NCBI GenBank assembly: GCA_963674595.2
Contig: CAXXFV010000015.1
Coordinates: forward strand, 192,001 to 256,000
DNA: 64,000 bases
Reading direction: 5' to 3'
Origin: a bacterium
GTDB lineage: Bacteria > Zhuqueibacterota > Zhuqueibacteria > Residuimicrobiales > Krinioviventaceae
Shown: one piece after another, positions 46,856 through 56,441 of the stretch
How positions within the stretch are numbered: the first letter of the stretch is position 1
Layout: every line of letters starts with the position of its first letter
The notes under the pieces: model-generated
The model's input: only the letters and a program-made list of their open reading frames with translations
Databases searched by the model: none
What the model was told of the DNA's origin: nothing
Program-made: the position numbers and the translations under genes

Positions 46856-49059
46856 ATGAACACGATGTCCAGTTTATCCCCAAGACATGAAGTTTTGGTT
46901 AAAATTGCTTCAAATGGCAAAGTGCCTATTGAAAAAAATGTTACGAATGCTGTAGATGTCTTTGGGGCAAATACATTTAATGAAAATATAATGCGTGACA
47001 AGCTTTCTAAGGATGTCTTTAGTAAGCTTCGTGATACTATTAAAAAAGGTGAAAAACTTGATATAGGAATTGCAAATTCAGTTGCTCACGCTATGAAAGA
47101 ATGGGCCATTGCAAAAGGTGCAACACATTTTACACATTGGTTTCAACCTCAAACAGGATTAACTGCTGAAAAGCATGATGCTTTTTTAGAATTGGATGAC
47201 GGCCATGTCATTGAGAGATTTCGTGGAAGTCAGTTGGTTCAGGGTGAACCTGATGCTTCTTCTTTCCCAAGTGGCGGTGCGAGAACCACTTTTGAAGCAA
47301 GAGGTTATACAATGTGGGATCCATCCAGTCCGGCATTTATTATTGATGGACCAAATGGTGGTATTTTGTGTATACCTTCTGTTTTTATTAGTTATACCGG
47401 TGAAGCACTGGATAAGAAAACACCCCTCTTGCGCTCAATGGAAGCAGTGTCCAACTCTGCTTTAAAAGTATTAAAGTTTTTTGGAAATGATGTTGCAAGC
47501 AGAGTTGTAACCACTATAGGTACTGAACAGGAATATTTTCTTGTGGACAAAGCCTTTTTTGTGCTTCGACCCGACCTGGCGATTACCGGCAGAACGCTTC
47601 AAGGTGCGCCACCACCTAAAGGGCAGCAGCTTGATGACCATTACTTTGGTTCTATTAAAGAGCGTGTTTTAGCTTTTATGCAGGACTCTGAGATAGAGCT
47701 GTACAAGCTAGGTGTTCCGGCAAAAACACGACATAATGAGGTAGCGCCTCATCAGTATGAAATTGCACCAATCTTTGCTGAAGCAAACGTTGGTTCTGAT
47801 AGAAATCAGCTTGTTATGGAAGTATTGAAAAAAGTTGCCAACAGACATGGATTAGCTTTACTTCTCCATGAAAAACCATTTGCCGGAATTAATGGTAGCG
47901 GTAAACATAATAACTGGAGCCTGGCAGATTCTGAAGGCAACAATTTATTGGACCCGGGAAAAACACCGGAAGAGAACCTGCAATTTTTAGTATTTTTGGT
48001 TGCAACTTTACGTGCTGTTTATAAATATGGAGATATTTTACGTACTACAGTAGCATCCGCAGGCAACGATCACCGTCTGGGCGCCAACGAAGCCCCGCCG
48101 GCAATAATGTCTGTATTTTTAGGTGAGCGTCTTACCCAAATTTTAAATGATATAAAAGAGGGAAAGGACTCGGAAGCCACCCGTCAAAACATTATTGATT
48201 TAGGGTTGTCAAAAGTGCCTGTTATTATGCGAGATAACACCGATCGTAACAGAACCTCTCCTTTTGCTTTTACAGGTGAAAAATTTGAATTTCGGGCCAT
48301 AGGTTCTTCTGCTTCTGTATCTCTTGCAAATACGGTTTTATGTGCTGCGGCCTCTGAATCGCTGGAAATAATTTTAAATGATATTAACGCTTCTATTTCC
48401 AAAGGATTAGAGTTGCCAAAAGCTGTTCTGTCTGTTTTGAAAAAATATATTATTGAAACAGAATACCCATTCGATTTGAAGGAAACAATTACAGCAAAGA
48501 GTGGGAAGAAGAAGCTGAAAAGCGTGGATTGCCAAATATTAAAAGAACAGGTTATGCGCTGGACGCTCTTGTGGCAGAGAAAAATATTCAGTTACTGACC
48601 AGTCAAAATGTATTTAGCAAACCTGAAATTGAAAGCCGATATCATACCAAATTGGAGCAATATGTAACAGCTATAGAAATAGAGGCAGCTACTTTTTGTG
48701 ATTTGATCTTGACAAAAGTTGCCCCCGCTGCCGCATCTTATCAATCTGAAATGATTTCAATTGTTTCAGGGCTGAAAGAATTGGATGTTTTGGCTGATGA
48801 AAATTATGAAAATGAAAAAGAAATTTTAATTTCAGTAACAAAATCTATAAATGCTTTACACCAAAACGTTAAAAATATTAAAAAATTGATGAATGAGTGT
48901 GAAGAGATTGAAAATTTGTCTGAAAAAGCAAAATTTGTTTCAGATAACATTATTGATGCACTCCTGCAAGCCCGCCAAATTGCAGATGATTTGGAATTAG
49001 TCATTCCGGATTCAATGTGGCCCCTTCCAAAGTACTCTGAAATGTTGTTTATTATGTAA
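46856..49059 (+). pseudogene. glnA: Glutamine synthetase type III; frameshift near 48464
   Basis: THFTHWFQP.TGLTAEKHD, QGEPDASSFP, HNEVAP.Q.E, NGSGKHNNW, DRNRTSPFAF. The frame switches at gaa-TA-ccc-att-cga (PIRFEGNNYSKEW), then runs to WPLPKYSEMLF. About 733 aa if repaired. Confidence 0.92.
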
Positions 49060-49072
49060 TTATGTTATTGTT

Positions 49073-49100
49073 AAGCCTGTTTTAAAACAGGCTTTTTTTT
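49073..49100 (+). terminator. Intrinsic terminator after glnA
   Basis: AAGCCTGTTTTAAAACAGGCTT palindrome followed by a T-run. Confidence 0.85.
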
Positions 49101-49153
49101 ATGCTTATTTTTTAAATAAAAAAGATCTAATTGTCCACATTGTTAAAATGTTC

Positions 49154-49303
49154 TTGACAAAGGAACAACTATTTATTATATTTTTTCGTTTAGTTGGGAA
49201 AAGTGAATTGTTGACATTTGACATAGATTTTAATATTTTAATGATAAAGACCAGAAAATTCGCTTTTAAAAAGATTGCATGTCTAAGAATTCTGACCTAT
49301 ATT
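49154..49303 (+). promoter_or_regulatory. Tandem sigma70 promoter candidates upstream of TBDR locus
   Basis: TTGACA-N17-TATATT (49154-49182), TTGACA-N17-TATTTT (49211-49239), TTGCAT-N17-TATATT (49275-49303). Confidence 0.6.
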
Positions 49304-49491
49304 TTTAGTATAAATTATACTTATCTTCAAAAAAACCTCAAAATTAATTCAACATATGATATTTCAGTTCTGAAAGGAGGTGATTAAACCCAAAACGTAA
49401 ACAAGAAAGGAGGCGATAGTAGAGAAAAATTGTTTCTGTTCATCGCTAAATTATCAAGTAGTGCTTTTATTCTTTTAAGAGGAGGAAAATC

Positions 49492-52400
49492 ATGTCAAAG
49501 TTTTTAGGAAAAGCTACAATATTCTTTTCCGTGATGCTTGCTTTAATAATTCTCGCAAGCCTTCCTCTGTCAGCCGCTCCACTTGGAAAACTCGCTGGTA
49601 CAATTAAAGACGCTGAAACCGGCGAAGCTTTACCAGGAGTTAATGTGCTGATAGTCGGAACCACGATGGGTGCGACCACTGATCTGGATGGTCGTTACTT
49701 TATCCTTAATGTCCCCCCTGGAACATTTTCTGTAAAAGCTACTTTTATGGGCTATACAGCAATCACACAAACAGAAGTTAAAGTTCAAACCGGTATAACC
49801 ACAGAATTGAATTTTAGCCTGAAACAAACCGTATTAGAAGGTGAAGCAGTTACAATCGTTGCTGCCAGGCCTCTCGTCGAAAAATCCTTAACAACTTCGA
49901 AAACAACCATGGGTGCGGAAGAGCTTGATAATGCTTTACCGGTTGCCAGCGTTCATGATATCGTTGAAACGGCTGCCAGTACTTTCCAAGGCTACATTCG
50001 TGGTGGTCGAAAATATGAAACAAAAACATTGGTTGATGGTGTTGATGTTTCTGATACCTACTTTTCCGGTGGTACTGGACGGTTTGGTACTGGTGATGTT
50101 GGTCACTATTATCAGGGTTTTCGTCGTTCAGAAGGTAATGAAACAACTATGGGTGATGTTACAGCCAGTAGTGTTCAGGAAATGAACGTTATGGCTGGTA
50201 CGTTTACTGCTGAATTTCCGACAGCTTCTGCTGGTATCATCAATATGGTTACAAAATCAGGTGCTGATAAATATACCGGAAAGATTTTTGTCCGTGGCAC
50301 TCCTTCAAATGAGATTGAACATTTTGGTGATAATCCTTACTGGATGGCCAATTCTGTTGGCGATTACGTCGGTTATTTGGACCGTAAAACACTTCTTGCC
50401 GAATCTGAATCTATTCAAAATAAAAGATCAGCCGAGATTTTTACCTGGACTCCTGAATTGGCAAAAGGCGATGATTATGAATATGATCCTACTGACTCTA
50501 CCGGTTTGGGCCGTTCCTATGAAGTTGAAGGAAATTTCAGTGGTCCGATTCCCGGATTGGGCGGAAAAGGCGGATTTTTCTTTTCAGGACGTTATTCCAA
50601 TATGCGTACGTCTGCAATGCCTTTTGACAGACAAAAAACTGTTACGTTAACATTAAAAACACATTATGATTTCAGTTCAGACAAAAGATTGACACTTTAC
50701 GGCCAGATTAATGATGGTGGTAAGCTGTTTAATTTTGTAAACTGGAAATTTAATCCAAAATGGATGTACTATATGGAAGGTGCTCCACGTTATAAAGATT
50801 TAGGCGTTATGGCCTATGCAAAGTGGACGCATACATTATCTCCAAAAACTTTTTATGAAGTACAGTTGAGTCAAGCCAATAAAACCAGTTGGATTGGTTA
50901 TCCTGATGACGATGGTGACGGATATTGTGACATTGACGAATCAGGTGATTTTATTGAGTTTAGTGACTTGAATGAATATTTCAAATATCTTGGTGGACAG
51001 ACCAGGATAGTCGAAGACGATAATGGCAACCAATATACTACTATTGATTGGACCACTGTTGACGGTTATGTAGGAAACTGGAGACAGCAGGAAGAAAACG
51101 CAAATACAGTTTTACCTGCAAGAGATCCTAATAGAACTTTCTTTTATTCTACTATAGATCCTGCTTCAGGTTATAACGAAGCGAAAGTTTCTTTTGGTAA
51201 TCAAACCGGTACATTTCGCCCTGCTTATCCTGCTCCACTTTACAGCAAAACCAAAAGAAATGTAACCACTTTAAAAGCTGATCTCACCAGTCAGATTTCA
51301 TTTAATCACCAGATTAAAACAGGCGCCCAATTCCGTATGCATGATATTGAAGTTAACCATTTACAGTCTGAATTAGGCGGTGCTGGTCTTCTTTATCCGA
51401 TGTCTGCATTCCATGTTGATAATGAATCTTTTAAACCAAAAGAAGTTGCATTTTATCTGCAGGACCGTATTGAATACGGTGGTATGATTGTTAATGTTGG
51501 CGCCCGTGTAGATGGTTACAACAATGATACCGAGAATTTTGTAAATGAATTTAATCCTTATTCAAGAGTAGAATTCGCCGGCAGCTTGCTTGAATTTGTT
51601 CCGAACCGTGGTGATAAAGTTGGCTATAAATGGTTCGTTAGCCCGCGTTTAGGTGTATCTCATCCGGTTTCTGACCGTATGGCCATGCACTATTCTTTTG
51701 GAAAGTTTGTTCAGTATCCAAACTTTTCTACGCTCTATACGGATTATAACTTTTCAAATTATTCCGCATCACCGGCTATGACCAGTGTTTATGTTAATCA
51801 GGAACCCATGAAATCAACATCCTATGAAATTGGTTTGCAGTGGACTCCTTTGGCAGATATTGCTATGGATGCTGTTGTTTACTATCGTGATGTTGAAAAT
51901 TATGGTAATAGGTTGTTTACAATTAATCCATCTGCCGGTAAGAGCTCGCAAATTTATACCACATGGGGTCATGCTGATTCCCGAGGTATAGAGTTAACTC
52001 TTGAAAAACGACGCAGTGCTTGGTGGTCCGGACGCGTTTCCTATTCCTATGCTTATATAAAACAGGCAGTCAATGGCTCTGGTAATGAAAATTTACCGGA
52101 TACCTTTAGCTCTGCTGATTCTGCAGTATACGGAAATCAAATGCCGTGGGATATGTTGTATCGTTACGAATACCGTGAAGAGAATGTCACTATCACTTCT
52201 ACAACCGGAAATGCATTGGCCGGTGGTTTTGACCGTACACATCGATTCAGCGGACACATGATGTTCTTTATTCCTTATAACTTCCAATTAGCTGCTATCG
52301 GTAATGCCATGAGTGGGTTTAAATATAGACAAACAGAAGACGTTGATAACGATCCCTGGTTTAATGTTAGCCACCCCATTAAAGAAGGTCCCTGGAACTA

Positions 52401-52689
52401 TTGGTTAAACCTGAAATTATCCTGGGAAGGAAAACTTGGTGGTATCCGGTTCCAACCGTTTGTTGAAGTCCGTAACGTTACAAACAAGGAAAATATCCTT
52501 GCTTTTGATAGAAACGGATTTGATGCTGTGCTTAACGAAAAAATGTATCAAGTGGGTCGCGATGGTTTACCCAATACCGGTGATGAACAAGATCCTCAGG
52601 GCGTCAATAAAATGCCGTTTGATGCATTTGGTCGAATGTTATATGGTGAAGCACGTATGATATGGGCTGGAATTGAACTCGGCTTCTAA
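49492..52689 (+). CDS. TonB-dependent receptor with N-terminal carboxypeptidase-regulatory-like domain
   Basis: GTIKDAETGEALPGVNV..GATTDLDG. Plug motifs IRGGR..LVDG and AGTFTAEF..GIINMVTKSG. Barrel motifs YLQDRIEY and SPRLG. C-terminal Phe. Confidence 0.92.
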   Translation: MSKFLGKATIFFSVMLALIILASLPLSAAPLGKLAGTIKDAETGEALPGVNVLIVGTTMGATTDLDGRYFILNVPPGTFSVKATFMGYTAITQTEVKVQTGITTELNFSLKQTVLEGEAVTIVAARPLVEKSLTTSKTTMGAEELDNALPVASVHDIVETAASTFQGYIRGGRKYETKTLVDGVDVSDTYFSGGTGRFGTGDVGHYYQGFRRSEGNETTMGDVTASSVQEMNVMAGTFTAEFPTASAGIINMVTKSGADKYTGKIFVRGTPSNEIEHFGDNPYWMANSVGDYVGYLDRKTLLAESESIQNKRSAEIFTWTPELAKGDDYEYDPTDSTGLGRSYEVEGNFSGPIPGLGGKGGFFFSGRYSNMRTSAMPFDRQKTVTLTLKTHYDFSSDKRLTLYGQINDGGKLFNFVNWKFNPKWMYYMEGAPRYKDLGVMAYAKWTHTLSPKTFYEVQLSQANKTSWIGYPDDDGDGYCDIDESGDFIEFSDLNEYFKYLGGQTRIVEDDNGNQYTTIDWTTVDGYVGNWRQQEENANTVLPARDPNRTFFYSTIDPASGYNEAKVSFGNQTGTFRPAYPAPLYSKTKRNVTTLKADLTSQISFNHQIKTGAQFRMHDIEVNHLQSELGGAGLLYPMSAFHVDNESFKPKEVAFYLQDRIEYGGMIVNVGARVDGYNNDTENFVNEFNPYSRVEFAGSLLEFVPNRGDKVGYKWFVSPRLGVSHPVSDRMAMHYSFGKFVQYPNFSTLYTDYNFSNYSASPAMTSVYVNQEPMKSTSYEIGLQWTPLADIAMDAVVYYRDVENYGNRLFTINPSAGKSSQIYTTWGHADSRGIELTLEKRRSAWWSGRVSYSYAYIKQAVNGSGNENLPDTFSSADSAVYGNQMPWDMLYRYEYREENVTITSTTGNALAGGFDRTHRFSGHMMFFIPYNFQLAAIGNAMSGFKYRQTEDVDNDPWFNVSHPIKEGPWNYWLNLKLSWEGKLGGIRFQPFVEVRNVTNKENILAFDRNGFDAVLNEKMYQVGRDGLPNTGDEQDPQGVNKMPFDAFGRMLYGEARMIWAGIELGF

Positions 52690-52753
52690 TATAGTTGCCG
52701 ATTAAGTTGTTTGTCGACATGTATATGAAGACATTTTTAAGGAGATTGCAAAT

Positions 52754-55303
52754 ATGCTAAAAAATATAAAAATTGCTGCAATGCTGTTTTTGGTAGCTTT
52801 ATGCCTGGTAACGATGAGTTCATTCGTTCAAGCAGAGCCTGCCAATAACAATATTGTTTTGGCTGCAGGCGAAATGTGGGGTACTTACACTCCGCCGAAT
52901 TATGATTACAACTGGCCTCGATATGGAAAAATAAATGAAGATTTGAGCCAGGTTGATAACTGGGACATAAATGGTTCACTTTTCTACACATCTCGTTGTG
53001 TTACAAGTTCTTTGTTTGGAAATCCAGGATGGAGTTGGATGTCCAGCAAAGTCCTTTATGACTTTACAAATGTTGCATTTGCTATAGAGTATAATGACAA
53101 TGCAGACTTTGCTGCTGCCAATGCAGCTACTGCGGGTGATGCTGCAGTCGAAAATTATGCTGTTATGAAGTTTAATCACTCTGTTCCCGGATGGGATGAT
53201 CCTTCAAGAAACTATCATATTCCATCAACCGGTGGCGCTGTGTTAAGTGAAGACCGAACATTTGCTTATGGTACTTCCGCATGGCCGACACAGCTCGGTG
53301 TTGATGTTAAAATGACTGTTTATAACTGGACCACAAACTGGGGTCATTTGGATGATTTTCATCTTGTTGAATATGAAATGACAAATACCGGTATGGCTGA
53401 TTTAAACGGTGATGGTACAGTTGATGTAACAAATAATCCGATTAAAAATTTGGTTTTCGGTTATGTTCCTGGAAGTTTCCATTTTCGCCTTGGAACAAAT
53501 AGCGGTCGTTCTTATTATGTTGATAATAATAATTACCGTGGTATTGGTTGTGACCAGACTTTTGATGAAAACGGTTCTCCCTATAACATCGCTTTCCAGG
53601 CCATAGGTAGTCAGAAGGAAAATGATCACTCTCCTTCTATTTCCACTCAATGGGAATACTGGGATGGATATGCCGGTTTTGGATTCCTCGGCGCAAAAAC
53701 ATTAAAGGATGGAACCTGGCAGGAAAAATTCTTGTCTTTTAAAGATGCAAGCGGAAACCAGATTGTACCAACTGTTGGTGAAGGCGAACAACGTGGATGG
53801 TTTACCACCAATCAAACAGGTTGGAATGGTGTTAATAGCGGTAATTTAGCCCAAATTCACTCTGTTTATATGGGTGCCTTTTACAAAGATGGTGGTATAG
53901 GTAATGATGCTTCTGCTTTAGACTATTCACCAAACCCGAATTTATTCTCTTCAGGTACTGCTGGAAATCCCTCTACTTTTGTCGTTAAAGACAAAGCAGA
54001 CTGGCAATATCCGAATGGTGCCCGGGAATTGTTGGAAAATAAAATGATGTATGCTAAAGATGGCGGCGCTCCAATAGGTATGAATCCTGCAGATACGATG
54101 CCTTTGAAGGACCGTGCTCTGGAACCTGATGTTATCACCAGAGGATGGATTTCTCAATACGAATTCGATTATGATCCTATTGAAGGTTTTGGACCGATTT
54201 CAATTGATGTTGGCGAAACCGTTCGTGTCTATTTTATTCGTGGTGCAGGTTTCCGTATGCAAGGTCTGAGAAAAACTTTTACCACAGCCCGTGCAGTTTT
54301 TGATGCTATCGGTCCTGATGGTGACGTTAAAGCAAATGTTCCGGCTGGTCCTCCGGTTCCGGAAATTAAAGTTAGTGGTTCTCAAACCGTAAAACCGCTT
54401 ATCAAATGGCAAGATCCAACCGGTCTTGGCGACTGTGACGGTATTAAAATTTATAAATGTGTTGCATGGCCACGATATAACTCTCTCTATGATTTGTATC
54501 CGACACATGATACATGGTGGAAATCCATGGATCCAGATAACGAACATGATCCAATGCCTTATAATCCATTGTTTACTAAAATGGAACTTTTAGTGGATCA
54601 ACAAGGTAATTCTTGGGGTCCTTATCATTTGGTTAAGGTTATTCCCGTCGGTGAATTCGCCAGTTATAAAAATCCGGCGAGTGATGCCGGCGAGTATCCT
54701 TATGCTTGGGAAGATGATACCTATACATCTGCCGGTCAAAGTTACTGGTATTATGTATCCAGCTATAAAGAAGGTGCGGCTAATGCGGTTCCTGCTGGTT
54801 TTCAGGGTCTTGAAGACAGTGATATAGCATGGATGGAAAGTGGTAAAGTTAACTATAATGGTAGAACCGGTCTTTGGGAATCCACATGGCCATATACCTG
54901 GAGACAAACAAACTATCCTGCTGAATCTGACATTGTCGGCAGTAAAAAAGTTGGTGTACCATTTGTTTTGGTTTCTCCTCCCGGAGATATTGCCCAGTTG
55001 AAATTAGGCAACACCAAAATTGGTGTACGTCCTAATCCATACAAACGTGTTGCATTTCATGATGCCAGTAACAAACACCAGGTTATGTTCTATAATTTGC
55101 CGATGTCATGTAATCTTCAGATTTATGATCTTGCCGGTATGTTAGTTGATGAAATTCAGTACAATTCTCCAACTACTGAAAACGGTGTTTATTTCTGGGA
55201 TATGTATTCCAAAAACGGTAATGAAGTTGCCAGCGGTCTGTATGTTTGGGTCGTAAAATATGACGGTGGAACGCAAAATGGCACGTTCGCCATTATACGA
55301 TAA
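52754..55303 (+). CDS. 849-aa secreted protein with variant T9SS-like/FlgD-Ig C-terminal domain
   Basis: SPase I signal (..VQA-E), no lipobox. C-terminus VRPNPY..MFYNLP..CNLQIYDLAG.LV..WD..KNG.EVASGLY..GTFAIIR. Confidence 0.75.
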   Translation: MLKNIKIAAMLFLVALCLVTMSSFVQAEPANNNIVLAAGEMWGTYTPPNYDYNWPRYGKINEDLSQVDNWDINGSLFYTSRCVTSSLFGNPGWSWMSSKVLYDFTNVAFAIEYNDNADFAAANAATAGDAAVENYAVMKFNHSVPGWDDPSRNYHIPSTGGAVLSEDRTFAYGTSAWPTQLGVDVKMTVYNWTTNWGHLDDFHLVEYEMTNTGMADLNGDGTVDVTNNPIKNLVFGYVPGSFHFRLGTNSGRSYYVDNNNYRGIGCDQTFDENGSPYNIAFQAIGSQKENDHSPSISTQWEYWDGYAGFGFLGAKTLKDGTWQEKFLSFKDASGNQIVPTVGEGEQRGWFTTNQTGWNGVNSGNLAQIHSVYMGAFYKDGGIGNDASALDYSPNPNLFSSGTAGNPSTFVVKDKADWQYPNGARELLENKMMYAKDGGAPIGMNPADTMPLKDRALEPDVITRGWISQYEFDYDPIEGFGPISIDVGETVRVYFIRGAGFRMQGLRKTFTTARAVFDAIGPDGDVKANVPAGPPVPEIKVSGSQTVKPLIKWQDPTGLGDCDGIKIYKCVAWPRYNSLYDLYPTHDTWWKSMDPDNEHDPMPYNPLFTKMELLVDQQGNSWGPYHLVKVIPVGEFASYKNPASDAGEYPYAWEDDTYTSAGQSYWYYVSSYKEGAANAVPAGFQGLEDSDIAWMESGKVNYNGRTGLWESTWPYTWRQTNYPAESDIVGSKKVGVPFVLVSPPGDIAQLKLGNTKIGVRPNPYKRVAFHDASNKHQVMFYNLPMSCNLQIYDLAGMLVDEIQYNSPTTENGVYFWDMYSKNGNEVASGLYVWVVKYDGGTQNGTFAIIR

Positions 55304-55340
55304 TTTTATTAGTAAACGATTTAGTTAAGGAGATATACTT

Positions 55341-56354
55341 ATGAAGGTCTCTAAAATAGCCGCTTTAACCCTCGTTTTTGCGTTGATGCTCGTCTCCTTT
55401 GCCGGAGCAGAATCAATGCTTAAAAAACCGGGTATAGACGGAGCCGCTTTCCTTAAAATCGGTGTCAGTGCCAGAATGGTTGCGCTGGGTTCAGCAGCAA
55501 CAACGTTATACGGCGATCCTAATGCCATTTTTTGGAATCCGGCTGGTATTTCATGTGAACCAGGAAAAACCCAATTGGGTATAAATTATAATTCATGGAT
55601 TATTGATATTAATCATAGCGCTGGTGCTATCACCCATCATTTTGATGGTATTGGTACCTTTGGATTCGGTTTTATTTATATGGGATTGTCTGATCTTACG
55701 GCTGACCGTGATCTTGCTCCTCCCGGATATTCCGAACCGGTTCCTGAAGATCCTGGCGTAAATCAATATGATGCTTATGACTATTCTGATATGGCTTTTT
55801 CATTAGCATACAGCAAACAGTTTACAGACCGTTTCAGAATGGGTATTACTGCAAAATATATCCGTGAGGATATTGACAACGTATCAGCAGATGCATTTGC
55901 ATTTGATTTTGGTGCTGTTTATGAAACAGGTTTTCGTGACTTGACATTTGGCGCCAGAATTAATAATGTTGGTGGCGATCTTACTTTTTACGCCATCCCT
56001 GCATCTTTACCATTAACCTTCTCAATCGGCGCTTCTGTTAGCCTCGTTCGTGAAGAAAATTCAAACTTTAAACTGATCACTGACATGACCAAACCAAAAG
56101 ACAGTCCTCAATTGTTGTTCATGGGTGGTGAATGGAACCTGATGGAAGCTCTTGCCCTGCGTGGTGGTTATAAATTTAACTACTCAGATGCATTAGATTC
56201 CTACAATGGAACCAAACAAACTGATGAAGGCGCCTCCTTTGGTGGCGGTTTAGCATTGCCTGTATCTTCATACAATGTTTGGTTGGATTATGCCTTTACA
56301 AACTTTGACGTATTTGATGATACTCATCGTTTCAGCCTGAGGTTTGAATTCTAA
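55341..56354 (+). CDS. PorV/PorQ-family outer membrane beta-barrel
   Basis: GAAFLKIGVSAR..ALG.A..DPNAIFWNPAG, FAFDFG, LRGGY, HRFSLRFEF. Confidence 0.88.
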   Translation: MKVSKIAALTLVFALMLVSFAGAESMLKKPGIDGAAFLKIGVSARMVALGSAATTLYGDPNAIFWNPAGISCEPGKTQLGINYNSWIIDINHSAGAITHHFDGIGTFGFGFIYMGLSDLTADRDLAPPGYSEPVPEDPGVNQYDAYDYSDMAFSLAYSKQFTDRFRMGITAKYIREDIDNVSADAFAFDFGAVYETGFRDLTFGARINNVGGDLTFYAIPASLPLTFSIGASVSLVREENSNFKLITDMTKPKDSPQLLFMGGEWNLMEALALRGGYKFNYSDALDSYNGTKQTDEGASFGGGLALPVSSYNVWLDYAFTNFDVFDDTHRFSLRFEF

Positions 56355-56383
56355 TCTTATGAAATAATTATTTTTTAATTATT

Positions 56384-56415
56384 AAGCTCCCAAAGATAAC
56401 TTTGGGAGCTTTTTT
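56384..56415 (+). terminator. Intrinsic terminator after PorV-like gene
   Basis: AAGCTCCCAAAG-ataa-CTTTGGGAGCTT-TTTT. Confidence 0.85.
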
Positions 56416-56441
56416 ATGTTTATACAACCAGGAGCCAAATT

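Noticed and set aside
49148-49387. 79-aa ORF upstream of TBDR
   Set aside because: No SD, low-complexity AT-driven composition, and it overlaps three promoter candidates.
52754-52835. SusD-like lipoprotein signal (VALC)
   Set aside because: Leu at -1 does not fit a lipobox, a good SPase I site (VQA-E) follows, and no SusD TPR motifs are present.
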